From NCBI GenBank assembly GCA_964252035.1, contig OZ176213.1: a stretch of DNA of 64,000 bases. One strand, written 5' to 3'. Made by a program: the position numbers and the translations under genes. The DNA comes from Podarcis erhardii. Taxonomy: Eukaryota. The notes beneath the pieces were generated by a model that did no database searches, had not been told where the DNA came from, and was given only the letters and a program-made list of their open reading frames with translations. Shown here piece after piece: positions 1 through 24,100 of the stretch; the first letter of the stretch is position 1, and every line of letters begins with the position of its first letter.

Positions 1-641
1 GGTGGCAAAATCTCTTGGGCTGGCCCTGTGTGAATTCTCCAGCCTGCCTTAAGAGTTGTGCCTCATGGCTAGAGAGACATCAGAACAAAAAGGGGCTTGC
101 AAGACACAGAATCATGAAATTGCAGAGTTGAAAGGAACCCTGAGGGTCACCCATGCTTCAATGCAGGAAACACAGATAAAGAATTCCTGACAGATGGCCA
201 TCCAACCTCTGTATGAAAACCTCCCGTGAGGTTCTAACTATTAAAAACAGAGCAGTTAACTTGTCTCCAGGGTGGTCAAGAGGTTATTAGACTTTGGGGC
301 AGGATCCTTGGCTGGCTGGGCTGGAGGGAACAAAGAATATGACCTGCTATGCAGTAAATGATGTGAAGAAATGATGGGCAAAGTCATTTTTGAAACCAGG
401 AACATGATCCAAGGCATTGAGGGTCTTCTGAAAGGGCAGGTGAGGAACTTGCCACTCTTCCCTGTGTTCAAGGGGAGAGACAAGGGATCTGCTTTCGTCC
501 CTGATTCATTTCTCTGCTGCTGAAAAAGGAGATTTTCACAGCACATACCTCTTGTCAGCTCTTTCCTACACAACAGCTTTTTGTGCCAGTAGATGCGAGT
601 GGAGGTTGCCCTGCAAGCCTTACTGGCTCTGCGCTGTGTGA

Positions 642-10688
<10,047 letters not shown>

Positions 10689-13459
10689 AGGCAGGACTCC
10701 TCCTAGTAACTAGCCAGGTGGATTGCAGAAGATCCCTGCTACCCATTCCCAGAAAAATGGGACACATCGTGGCACCATCGGCACATAAAATAAGTCCTCC
10801 TTTCATGAATCAAAGTAAACAGCGGCCTAGGAGAGTTGTTTCCAAGCGGAAGAAAGGGATAAGACTTTCTCACATGCGCCAGATTCAAACAATGCCCATT
10901 TCTTTACACGTCCTCTCCCTGGAAGTGTCTTCAACTGGTTTGCTTTCCAACTTTTAAATTATTCTGCACTCTTCCAAGTTTAATTTTAAGCTTTCCTAGA
11001 GGTGGCCATTTCAAAAATTTCAAGTAAAGAGAGTTTATTTTATTACTATTGATTATTGCATTAAGTGCCAGCCTCCAGCTAGGACACTAGTTCAAGAAGG
11101 CAGCGTCATTTTATGCAGGAGCTTTTGTAATGGTGCTACTGAGTTGTAACTTTAGTATTTTATTATTTTATTAAAACTGCCACTGTGTACAGCACTACCA
11201 CCTTAAACATAGTCTTGCTATTTTACCAATCAAACTTCTGGCTTGATCTGGAATTTTGAAGGTGGGGGCAGGGGGGATTAAGGTTCTGACACCATACAGT
11301 CACCCAAACACACTCAATTCTTTATAAGCAATAGGTAAGGCACGAGACAAGGAGGCAGCAATGAGGTGTAAATCTAATTCTTCCCCCTAGCGTTGAAAAG
11401 TGTGACTAGGAGAAACCTGTCCTTTGTGAATTTCAACTTCTGACCTTTAGGATCCCAGAAATGCAGTTTTTCTTAGAGCAGTAAAGTCCCCATATAAAGC
11501 AAGAGTTAGTATATGGGGGAAATAAATATATGTATTTGATTATACTTGACCGAGTCTTGTTGTATTAAGTAGTAGTGATCATATCCAATTTCTTTGAAAG
11601 ACATTTTGCCTCAGAAAGCTGTACTTGTTTTTGTACTACAAAAGAACAAACTTGTTTCAACCTATATATTTTAAGAACAAAATGCTATTTTGTTAACGAG
11701 CAAACCAAGTCTTTTTTACTTTATGAATTAGGTGAATATAGTGTGATATTCAAAGTGACTGGTGGTAAACAAAATATTATGGCTGTTTTTAGGATGGTAT
11801 TTGAGCATCAAGCTAACCCATTCATAACTTCTGGAGGAAGGAAAATGGTTTACCTTGTGCCATTAAAGCGATGGAGAACTTAAGGACGTGGGGGAGGTAG
11901 CACTGGAATGAAAACACATAGAACAATCTGACCCACACGTTTCCATCCTGAAGGCAATTCAGAAATTTTTTTCCTACTTTTTGTCTTGTGATGTGGATAG
12001 TCTAATCTAAAAGCCTGACAAATAGCAGCTCATTTGTAAAAGGAGCAATAAATTTTAAACGTGGTGAGAGTACTCACCAAGATGAGCAGAGCAAGAGAAT
12101 GAAATCAGACTGGCAAGTGTTTTATTTCATCTCAGGGAGAGATTTCAAGTCACTTGGGAATCTAAATCAGAAATATTTCAAGAGGCTGGTTTCATTTATC
12201 TTGTCTCTGACTTGGCTACTACAATTTTCAGCAGGCACACAAGCCCTTCAAGTTCACGCAGAACTGAAGCACTGCCAGGACTTGCCCAATGGGAGGGTGC
12301 GTGGATAGGCGTGGGAATCTCAAGCACTGATTTCCTTTCCAAGTTCAGTTACACTCTGCCCACAGCTGGTCATTCATCATTTGGGAAAAAAAGAGCACAA
12401 TGACACTATTAGCAATACACTAAATATTGGCAAAGGTTACTGGACGCAGACTGGGGTGTGGGTGTGGGTGTACGGTACACTAGAAAAGGATTCCCTGTTA
12501 TTTGAACACATTGTGGAAGTGCTACAAGGATCTGTTTGATTACTGACCATTAACTGCAACTGCCAGCTTGGAAGTCACAAGAGCCAAGAGAGATTTTGGC
12601 TTTCACTTTTGCTTATACAGGTACATAAACAAACTTTTGAATGCCTGCCAAGAAGATACAAGGGATAGATTTTACAAGGATACACACTGTTTTATGCAAC
12701 ACAGCAACAAAATTAACTTCTAGTGTAGTGTTCCTACCTCAGTCTGTAGTAAACGATGCTTCTATGCAGTGAGTGAAAAGTCTTAATTTTAACATTCTCC
12801 ATCCCAGATAACAATGCAGTATTTATTTCATGTTTTAATTGTTGGTATTGTTGATCATGCCACACACCTGTCCTGTTATCTGTAACTATTTTGTACAATG
12901 GACATTTTCATTTTCAAAGTGGACAACTTATGAATACTGATGGTGGCTTTAGATAGTTATTTTACTTTTTTAAAAATTCTGGCCACAATCCTAGAGTTAA
13001 GGTCTCCCGTGCACCGTTTCATTTCTCTGGGGCTTGCACAGCAGAACCTCTTCCTAATGGATTGTGTCTTGTTTTTGCCAAATGTTTTATCCTGAAAACT
13101 TTCCAGCTGGCAACTGAAAAAAAGTCATTTTTCCTGTTTTGCCCCATGTTACGTTTCATGTTTCACTTACTACTAAGTTGTTCCTGGTCTCATTTGTATA
13201 AACTGTGGTGGTTTCCATAGGTTGCTGTATCAGAGGAAACAAACTCTTAATAAGGACTAGCGTACTGCATATTTAAAAGCAGTAGAAAGTAAGTTACCTG
13301 AAAATGTGAATTTTAGTTTTCATAACAATATAGACGTTAACCTTTCATGTGCCAAATGCTGTGTTACATTTTCCCTTCAAAATAATGTACCTTTTTCTAC
13401 ATATTCAACATGTAGTTAGCATAAATCATTGGTGCCATATAGAAGTATTTTTAAATTTA

Positions 13460-13465
13460 AATAAA
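13460..13465 (+). terminator. Candidate FRMD5 polyadenylation signal (AATAAA) ending a ~2.8-kb AU-rich 3' UTR
   Basis: AATAAA with GT/T-rich sequence downstream. Other AATAAA hexamers exist, so the assignment is tentative. Confidence 0.4.
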
Positions 13466-14141
13466 TATTTAATTATGATGAAAATGTTCTCTGTTGAGTA
13501 AATTGATGCTTCTGCTCATGTGACATGTCTGCTTAGACAATTCCTGAAATGCTACCTGCTACTGTGGAAAATTTCTTTCAACCTCTCTGTCCTTAATGTT
13601 TTCAGAACTTGAATGCTTAACAAACTTAAATTGGATATATATACTTTTACTGCCAGTTCATCCATATGATTTTGGTACAACCACCACATGGTGCTACACA
13701 GATTCCAAAGCATTTATTGTGTGTACTTTAAAAAAGTTGAACATGATGAGCAGGTCTAACACTGATTCATTTACAATGAATGTTTCCCTGGTGTAAGGTG
13801 CCATCTGGTGTTACTACACAACAGATATAATTGCATTTTCCATCTTGCAATGATGCATAAGCATTATTAACATGCTGCTTATGTTCAAGTTAGTGGGTGT
13901 TAAGAGAAAGCCTGTGCCTTCTCACCACTCTTGATACACACCAAAACACCCTTTTGATCTTAGAATAATCGTTAGCAATTAACCTCTGAATTAAACATGA
14001 TCTAGTACACAGCCTGCTCTGTAGATTTTTAAGCCACTATGAATGAACTTAAATATATTGAAACCATTTAACAGTTTCACATAAACAACCTTGCAGAAGC
14101 CTGCAATAAGTCACTGCATTTGAATAACAAGGCTAGCCTTA

Positions 14142-14147
14142 TTTATT
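14142..14147 (-). terminator. Candidate WDR76 polyadenylation signal
   Basis: TTTATT on + (AATAAA on -), ~130 nt past the WDR76 stop codon. Confidence 0.55.
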
Positions 14148-14276
14148 TCTGTTATCACTTAGAAAGTTTTGAAAATGAATATATTTGCCTTTCTCCAGGG
14201 ACAAAGTCCTAACACAACCAAAATGCAACTCATACTCTTTGTTACCTGAAGGTTCAACATTCTCTTCAACTTTTTT

Positions 14277-17200
14277 TCACTCTTTGAAAACATGGAGGCG
14301 GCCACTAGAGTTACCACCTGCAAGAATGTACCTGGTAGGGTGCCAGGCATTGATGGAACAAACAGAGCCAAGGTAGTCTTCACTGAGGAAGGAATGGAAC
14401 AAATCTCCTGTCGCATGAAAGACTTCAATTTGCCTTGGTCGAGACATACTCCCCACCACAAAGCAGTCATCCATCTTTGGGTCCCAAATAGCTCTGAACC
14501 TTGTGAGCCACCGTCCCGTGTAGTTATTATGCCTATTCAGAAAGGGGAAGGGGGGGAGAGAAATAGTTAAGATTCATCTACATCGCTGCCTTCCAGTTGC
14601 TCTGGACAGCAACATGCCAGCAGCTCTAGCCAGCCCAACTGAATGATGTTAAGGCTGATGGGGAGTTGTAGTCCAAAGCATCTGGAGGGCACTAGGTGGG
14701 GAGGGCTGATCTAGAAAACCAGGGTTCTTAAATCTGATGTGCATGCTCTCTAGTGGAAAAACCACTCTGCTACAGTCAAATATTGTGTTTTGCTCACTGT
14801 GGAGTCTGTGATCTCATAATCCCCTCCACCAAACTTGAATCTTAGCACCAGAGTAAATCCTATTCTAACTCACCTGATAGTTGTGAGAACAGGGACTGAA
14901 GATGATATACATGTGGTTTCAAAGATCCTGCAAGAGACAAAAAGTGGGGGCTTAAAAAAACAACAACCCTAAATATTCGATTTAGCCCCCCAAAAAACTA
15001 CTCACTTACTTATTCAAATCCAGCATGAGGATCAACAGGAAACTTTATCAAAGAGTTCAAGGACACAGTCCAGTCAGGCAAAAACACTCAAGGAAGGTGT
15101 GTTGCCTGAGGACAATCCTGAGGGCCACATTTAGCTCCCTACCCTCTGGTTTAGACTATGTAAACAATTATATTGCAAGGTGTCTCCCTACTGCTCATCA
15201 AGTGAAAATATGCTATGTATTTCTAAATACAAGCAAGTATTTTGAGGTAGATTTTTTAAAAGGTCATAAGCACACCTCAATGCAAAATATTTAATTGCCG
15301 TAACTCAGCCATACACATCTCTCACAGAGTCTCCTACATTTGTTTCCAACAATGGTCAGCAAGAGGCATGAGTTCCAAACCTCTCCCACCCTTGGCAATA
15401 TACTGCCTCTGAACATGGTAGGATCTACAGCAGCCCTATGTTTCAACAGTCCTATTAACTTGCACAATTCCACTACTGATGCCATATAAGCCACGGGCCA
15501 CAGCCAAGTCTCATGGCAGCAAATTCAGTTATCTGTGAAAAAGGCCTTTCACAGGAGGAAATTGTTAATACAAAAGCCAGCTCCCTTCCCTTCCCACTCT
15601 CACATACCTCAATGTATCGTCAGCACAAGTAGTCAGCACCCTGTTGCCAGTCACAGGTGAAAAATAAGCAGAAGCAACACTCTTGGTGTGCCCGGCAAGA
15701 GAGACCACGGGCTTGCTGCCACTCGCCTTCAGGTGCCGAACATCATAAATATCAACATCCCTGCAGCATAAATGGGAACGTTAAGACTTTCATCCTGGGT
15801 GTCTCTTCAGTGGCTAGGAGGATGTCCTGAATGGGACATCTCCGCCCAATGGACTATCCAGGCATAGCTAATCTATTAGACTTTCTGTCTCTTGTGGTGG
15901 CGAGAGCTCCTCACACATCAAGGAAAAAAGGACATTGAAAACAGAGAACCCTGCAGGTGTCAAACAAAATACAGGGACAAACTGCACTTAAGAAAATGAG
16001 AAACCACTGTATCAATATGGGGTGGGGGGATTAACAGAATTTGAGGACGATTCCACTGTTTGCTTACAACTGAGACAATAATTATTTGGGGGAGGAAAAA
16101 AATCATGGGATCTCCCTGTGTGTGCCCCTGTTTCCCTTTTGGTCTGTAAATTGCAGATCTGTTTGATTTTATGTTCTTGATATCCTAAGTATATAAAAGT
16201 GTCTTAATACACTGGTATGAATTCTGAGTGAAACAAGTTTCCCCCTGTGAGAGAGATCAGGGGGTTAAGGGGACTGCTCAGCATATACACTCACTTCCTC
16301 CTCCCATTGTGGATGAATTAGGAGATGCCATGCTAGAGTACTCAGAGGAGACCTCACGCCTAAGGTGCCGCAGAACCCATGAGCACCACATCTCTGAACT
16401 GGTGCCCACTTTCTGGCTCAAAGGGGAGCACTGTTTCTGCCTATGCTGTGTTCTCAAGACCAGGAGTCGGCTGGATCAAGATCCACAGCAGTCCAAGGTG
16501 CTGCCCCCTCTTTGCTTCAGGGTGTGGAAATGGGACGAGTACCAGTCCTGGCTGGTGGATTCACTGGTCCCCAAGTGTGCAGCGTGGGTGGGTGCATTGC
16601 CTTTCTTTGGCGACAGCCGCTTTTCTCCCTTTCCTTTCTCTCATTGCAATTAGCCGTCCACGGGAAATGAAAACACAGGGAAAGCAAAAGGAAGTGCTAA
16701 AACTTTTTTAAAGTTTTGAAGTAAGGGAGGGAGAAAAGCTACTACTCTCAACTGTCTGCTATAGCTTTTTTTCAACCAGGGTTCCATAGGACCCTAGGGT
16801 TCTGTGAGGTCGCAAGGAGTTCCTTGAGAGATTGTGATGCTAGCTAGCATGGTGGGTAGAGCTCTCTGACATCACCTCCTCTCATGTAACTCCTAATTTC
16901 CATGGCCATTTAGGCTCCCCTGCAACCATGGGGTCCCCTGCCAAGGCTGAGATTGGGGAATTTTGCTTTTGTTTATCCAGGGCTCGAACAAAGTGAAAAG
17001 TTTTTAATCTATCATTGTCTTAAATGAGCTCCTCTCTTCCTCCAAAAACTGAATTCTCCAAAGGAGGGGACAGAGTGTCTAATGGCTCCGCATTCCTTGT
17101 GGGGGGGAGGGTGTCCTCACCAGGATAACCACCTCCACTGAAGAATGTGGAGATAAAAATAAGCTTGCTCTTACAGAAAGGCTTACTCTTTCTGTAATCT

Positions 17201-20200
17201 CTGAAAAGCATTCATCTTGGAGCACGTGAAATTCTCTGTGCCCCACATAAAATCTGTAAGCTTATGCAATCTTTTACCACAGATGTTTTCTCTGTAAATT
17301 AAAAACAGGGAAACAATGTATGCAATGCTATAATTTGTGCAGGACACTTCTTTTGGGGTGGAAATGAATTTTAAAGGGCACAGGAAAGCAAAACTACTTA
17401 AGATTTTAGTCAATGGCTGTGACCAGGAGTTTTGTATAACACTATACAGTGGTACCTCAGGTTAAGTACTGAATTCGTTCCGGAGGTCAGTTCTTAACCT
17501 GAAACTGTTCTTAACCTGAAGCACCACTTTAGCTAATGGGGCCTCCTGCTGCCGCTGCACTGCCGGAGCACGATTTCTGTTCTCATTCTGAAGCAAAGTT
17601 CTTAACCTGAAGCACTATTTCTGGGTTAGCAGAGTCTGTAACCTGAAGCGTATGTAACCCGAGGTACCACTGTAATCTCTTCAGAGTCCCCCCTCCCCTA
17701 AATTTAGAGAATGTCCAGAGGTCTTAGGCTTGGGAAGAATCTATTGTGACTCCGGTCCCAAGAGGAGGCCTCTATTCACTTACTAGCATCACATCTCTTT
17801 GATTTCTGGGCTCCAAATTCCTAATGTACTGCAACAAGCAATCACAGCTTGTACCTACCCTGCTCCAGCAGCTACAAAATAATGTCTGCTGAGTGGGTTG
17901 GTATGGATGGTCCTTGTCGTCTTCGAATTAAGTTCTGCAGAAAGCTCAGCAGAAGCTCCTGGCGTTCTCTGATCTACTACAGCTACCTCTCCATCCCACA
18001 TTCCCACTATCAGAGTAGAGGCATCTGCAGCCAAGAAATCAAATGAGGAAAGGTTGTCCTCTTCATTTCTGTACACCTGAGAATAAGAAAGAGGTTTACT
18101 TTTAGGTGAAGTCTAAACCTATTTTAAATTACCAATTTTATGCTGATAAATCACAATAGCTGTAGGATACTCTACAACTGTAGGATGATTCTCTGGCTGC
18201 CACACCATGGTTTCCTCAATCCTCTTTGCCAATTGCTACAAGCACACTTGCAGACAGACAAGATTTCCAAATGTACAGAGTTAAAAATCCTGACTTTTCC
18301 ATCCCTGCCTAAAAAACTGAATTCTGTCTGTAGCAATGGATAAAAACAACGGGACACTGCCTTGTACTATGTGGAACTGTATGTCCACTTAACCCAGTTC
18401 TGTCTATTCTGACTGGCAGTAGCTCTCTGGGGTCTCAGGCTGAGGTCATTCCTATCACCTGCTATTTGATTACTGCCCCCTCCCACCATGGCCACCCCTT
18501 TTCTTCTGGATGTGCCAAGGATTGAAGCTCTGGCTTTATGCTTGTAAAGCACATGCTGTAATACTATGTTATGGTCCTTAATGAGACAGAAGTGAACAGG
18601 AGAGAGCGAGAGCGCACAAGAGAGTGCGCACGAGAGAGCGCTGCTCTTTTCCATCTTCCATCCATCTTGGAGGAGCTGCTTGAGCAAGACAGAAAGATGG
18701 AGGAATACCATATCTGATTTTGCATCCAAAGGGATCTCATTCTAAACAAGGGAATATTGCAATTTTGTTGCGTTTCTGCTCATGTTTGACCACATTTTCC
18801 TTCCATTCTTTCAGTTAAAATGGAAGTTTTACTATTTAGCAGAAGTCATTGCAACAGTATACTATTCTGTTCCATTTGGAATGGTTTTACTTGTTTTATA
18901 ATTTTAATTATTTTATCTGTTTTTATGACTGTATTTTCCATTAATGATCATATCTCACCCTGGCAACTTATGGTGAAGGGTGAGTCAGAAATCAAATAAA
19001 TGAATAAATAAATAATAAATCTTTATTGAGAACTTGCAATAGCTGCAACGTTGCAACCAACATTCACCTCATCAAAGATCGCTCTGGTTACATCCCCACG
19101 TCGTAACGTGCCGTCGTGGCTCACAGACAGAAGATGAGCAGGATTAGACAGAGAAAAATACATACAGCTAACTGCCTGGCTATGGGGAACAAAGGTGTGT
19201 ACTCCGTCTTCCAATCCGCTGTCCTAAGAAGTACAAACAGACACAGCATTAGTACATTTCTCATAATTTCTCTTTTCAAAATTGGAAACAGAACTTACAG
19301 TGTGGTTCCCTTCCCATTCAGAAGGGTCAGTTCTTTCTCAGTTAGAAGACAGAGCCAGAAAAGTTTGCCGTGGACAAAACTATCAATGGCTACAAGCTAC
19401 CATGGCAATGTATTACCTCCAGTGCTGGAGGCAGACTGTTGCTGAATACCAGCTGCTGGGAATCACAAGCGGGGAGTGTGCTGCTATTACATTCAAGTCC
19501 TGCATGTGGGCTTCCCATTGGGGAATCTGATTAGCCACTCTGAGAATAGGATGCCAGACTAGAAGGGCACCCTTTGGCCTGACCCAGCAGAATACGCTTT
19601 AATGTGGTGACCGCTCCTTCATTGGAGCTTTTTAAGCAGAGGTTGGATGGTCATCTGTCCTGGATGCATTGGGTGAGATTCCTGCATTGCTGGGGGTTGA
19701 GCTAGATGACCCTCGGGGTCCCTTCCAACTCTATGATTCTGTGATATAAACAGTAATAGATAGCAAAGACAATAGAGCACAAGCTATTTACCAAATCCCA
19801 GAGACCGATCTGTCCCCACTTGTCTCCAGCTGCTACTAAAGTTCTGCTTTCAGATGGATGGATAGCCACGGAGTGAATCCGGTTTCGGACCACTTTTGCT
19901 ACAGAATCTTCTCGGAGGACCATTTTACGCAGACGAGCTTGGTAACTGGGACAAAATTATTAGCATGTTAACATCCACAAAAACCAAGCAAATACCGGCG
20001 GGGGGGGGGGGGTGTTGTTGTTAAAACTGGTTTTAAAATTACCTTTCCAAGTTACATGTAGGCGTCTCAATCACCTTAGGCTTTACCTGTAAAATTGGTT
20101 GGAAAACAGAAGGAATTTACCATGCAGATATTGAATTAATATTTTTTTTAAGTATTTAGGCTCGCTACAAGTCAAAACAATGATACCTGACTTATTTTTG

Positions 20201-21067
20201 CCCACATATTCAGAAAACCTTCAGTTACATCATTTCCTTCCTCTTGATCTATGGGTATCATCTGAAGCGGTCCAGGTGGCAAAGGAGGCTTTCAAGAGAG
20301 GAAATGGCACAAAACATCACTGGCTTGCTTTACAACTTGCTCATCAGTGCACCCCACAGAAAATAACAAAGAGAGCCACTTAATTAAAATAATAATAATT
20401 GTATTTTCAATTTCTAAAATTGTATTTTCAGTTTTTTTAAACTTTGACTTTTATTGATAACGTTAATATTTTATGCTTTTTTGTAAACCACATGGGCTTT
20501 TTTTAGTTAAGCAGTATACAAAATTTGTTAAATAATGAATAAAAATTTATTCTCCTCTCCCACATCCCAATCAATCTTTCCACTTTATTCACCAACCCAA
20601 ATTATTTTCGCAAAGCCAAGTTCTTAAGACTTGTTTGAAGCAACTATACACTTGATCTGTGAGGAACCAAGGAAGTCCAAGGATGCTCGGACCAAACTAC
20701 AGTGCTAGACAGCAGAAAAGCTCTCTCAGCAACCCCTCACATTTCAGAGTAAAATGCCTTGCAAGTGGCTGCAGGACTGTGAGCAAAATCATGGGAGGGG
20801 TGTTTCTAGAACTTACATGAAATTGTGAAGCTTCCCTGCCATTTTTGCTACACTGGAAGCTGCATGTTGTTTAAGGGATCTTGTTATATCTATTATATTT
20901 GCTATTGCTTTGCTATGCCATCATAAAATTGTTGCTATATTATGAAATCATTATTCTGATTTTTTTTGTAGTGTTTGTTTGAAATGCAGCCCTATTTCTT
21001 TGTTGTAAGCTGCTTTGAGCATGATTTTTTTGTGGAAAAGCAGCATACAAATAAAATGAATGAACGA

Positions 21068-21121
<54 letters not shown>

Positions 21122-24100
21122 TTTATTTATATCCCGCCCTCCCCAGCCGAAGCCGGGCTCAGGGCGGCTAACAACAATAAAACAGTACAAAAGTACAGCA
21201 TAAATACTCTTGCAAAGTCAAGTCTGGGTATTTCAGTGAGAGCACTTGAAGATAAAGCCCTTTCCCTTTGTATCTGTCAACTTACATATTCGTCTACTGA
21301 AGGTTCTGGTTGTGCTTGTGCTTCTGGCAAGGGAATGCTCAGTGGATCCACTTTTTGCAAGCGCATTGATCTTCGACAAGTTGTCTCAGTTTTTGCCTTG
21401 CAATGTTTAATTCTACGGAGACAACATAATTTCTCCACTAAGAAACCTTGCAGGGTTTCAAGTGTTCCTCATTCATGCCGCTACAGATTTAGCCTTAATT
21501 CTTCCTTTAGATTATTCTGCATTTTCTGTTATTGCTTTCCATCTCCCTCCATCATATTTTTCTAACTGCCTCTATCAGACACCACAATGGTTGCAAAATT
21601 ACAGCCTGGAGACCTTACTTGTCCCTCTGTACATTTAATATAACCCACAGCTTACCATTCAGTTTGCAATGAAACTCCCAGAGTACTTTAGAAATGAAAC
21701 AGCAAAAATGCAACGAAGCTGTCAAAATAGCAAACATTATGTTGCTACTCCACTTCTCCCCCTCTCACTTGCCAAGAGTAAAACTGGAGTCCCACATGCA
21801 AAACAAGGCAGAGGAGGAGGTGACGGAGCAACTGCATATTCTCCTACTGTGATAGCCATGACATTATTAACCCAAATACAGTGGTACCTCAGTTTACAAA
21901 CTTAATCCATTCCGGAAGTCCATTTTTAAACCAAAACCATTCTTAAACTGAGGTGTGCTTTCCTTAGTGAGGCCTCCCGCCACCAGTACCCTTCCACTGT
22001 TTGGACTCCGTTCTTAGACTTAGACTGAGACACTATTTCCGGTTTTTCAGAGTTCGTAAACCAAATAGTTCTTAAACAGGGCTGTTCTTAAACTGAGGTA
22101 CCACTGTACTGCTTTTAAAATGATCTTTTCTTTTTCACATATAATACAGCAGGTAAGAATTCCCAATAGCCAACCAGCAGGAGTCCAGCTCTCAGTATTA
22201 ATTAGTTAAGTAGATTTAGGTACTGTCACGACATAAAGAGGGAAAGGGGGAAAAATTGCCAAAATATTTAACCATAATGAATGGGTATGTAGTTTTACCT
22301 TTGTATTTTCGGAGACTGCACTCTGGCTGTCATATTACGAAGACTTGCTGCCGACTTAAAGTGTGAGAGAGTAAGATCAGATGCATAGAATGTAAAATTT
22401 CAAAATTATTGTTTCTGCTTCAATTTACTACATTTATATCCCACATTTATCTTTTTATTTCCCTAGGCTTTTAACCTCTGAGGTATTTTTATTTCTGTTG
22501 CGTTTGGCTTTAGCAATACCCTTTACTGATGTCAACTGTTGTTACTGTTTCGTTTTGTACTCAATTAAGTTTATCTCCAAGTAGACACACTAAAATTAAT
22601 GAATATAACTAAGGTAGGTCCATTCACTTCAGTTTGAATGGCAAAATTTGGCAAAACATAACTGAATGCCACCCATTCTGTTTTATGACTTACTGGAAAT
22701 GTTTGGAAGGCCCTGATGTTTGCTGTATTAACTATTAGCTATGGAACCACTGCAGTGTTAGAAACTGATATATGAAAGCTAGGAGCTAAATGCCACCTTA
22801 AACCTAGGTTATGGGCGCAACAACGGAATGTCTAGGTGCGCTTTTTTATAACAAGAATACAAAGCTGAAAATCAATGAACTGCAGCTAAAATATGTTCAT
22901 TTTTCACATGACCTAGTCCTTCTCCTGCCCACCCCCTAATATTCTTTAGAGGATCTCTTCTCCAGTCTTCAAAGAGTAGCTGGAAGTGAGGAGGCAGAAA
23001 AAGGTCCTCCTTTCCTTCCACTCTGCAGTTTTAATCTGAAATCTTAGGTGCAGTACTGCACCCAAAGCTCAGAAACTGCTTGCCTGCTTGCACTAATGGA
23101 ATTCCCTGTCACAAAATGCGCCTAGAACAATAGGAGTTTCAAACACTGATTCTCAAGTAAATTATACCACTTAAAAATATGGCTAAAGCCATGATAAAGA
23201 CCAAGATCAACAGCGTAATCCTATTCCGAAGTAAGACCCATTGAGTTCAATGGGCCTTACTTACTTCCAGGTTGGTATTTCCAAGGCTGCACCCCAAGTA
23301 TCAGAACTTGTTGTTCTAATCCAGAAGACATTCCAACAAACCTCAAACAGCTTCAGGGAAGCAAAAAATTTGGCATTTTCTGTTATGTTCTTCAGTCTTT
23401 TCCTCTCATAAGCCGATAGTTGTGTTGAGACTTCCTCCTGAACAACAAGCAAGCAAGCAAGCAAGCAATTATGTTTCAAAATACTCACAGGAGTTGAAGT
23501 TTTAAGCCATATCTTACATGTAATTCTAAGCACAGTATATAAGCAGTTATTTTCCTCAGCAAATTAAGAGACACTTACATCATTTCTGTCACTCTCGGAA
23601 TCCCCATCAGTATCCAAATCACTGCTGACAGCTTCTACGACTGAACCACATCTGTGAGAATCCGTGTTGAAGACTACCTCGCTTACTCCATGAGATATAG
23701 CCCTCATTTCTGGACTTGAATAATCGCTACAGATTTTCTTGGCTTTGGGTTCTTTACCGAAAGACTCCTCACAGCTGGAAAATTGCTCTAACAAACGTTT
23801 CTGAGGCAAATGCTTGTTGTGTTCTCCACATGTGGCTGACACAGGCGTGAGAAGAATTCTGATTTGTTTTGTCAAAGTCTTACTCTTCACAGGGCTTCTG
23901 GGGAGACATGTGGTCGGATTTTCAGTGGGTGTTGTCTCCTGAAGATGTGTATGAAATTAAAAAAAAAACAGTTATCTATTCCTTATCTATTGATTTATTA
24001 TTGCAACACATTCCCAATGAACTTGTACTGGGAGTTACGTGAAATCCATTAGCAGAAATGTTTTAAGTTTGTCTGTCATTTGAGAATTGTTTTCTACTCC

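Noticed and set aside
16228-16711. Overlapping 141-aa and 110-aa ORFs in a WDR76 intron
   Set aside because: They have non-ATG or weak starts, no recognisable domain and no convincing splice context.
18590-18650. GAGAGC/GCGCAC CpG-rich patch in a WDR76 intron
   Set aside because: It is short and low-complexity, and I cannot support a function or family.
20975-21565. 196-aa plus-strand ORF with poly-Asn
   Set aside because: It is created by the (AAT)n microsatellite and lies antisense to a WDR76 exon.
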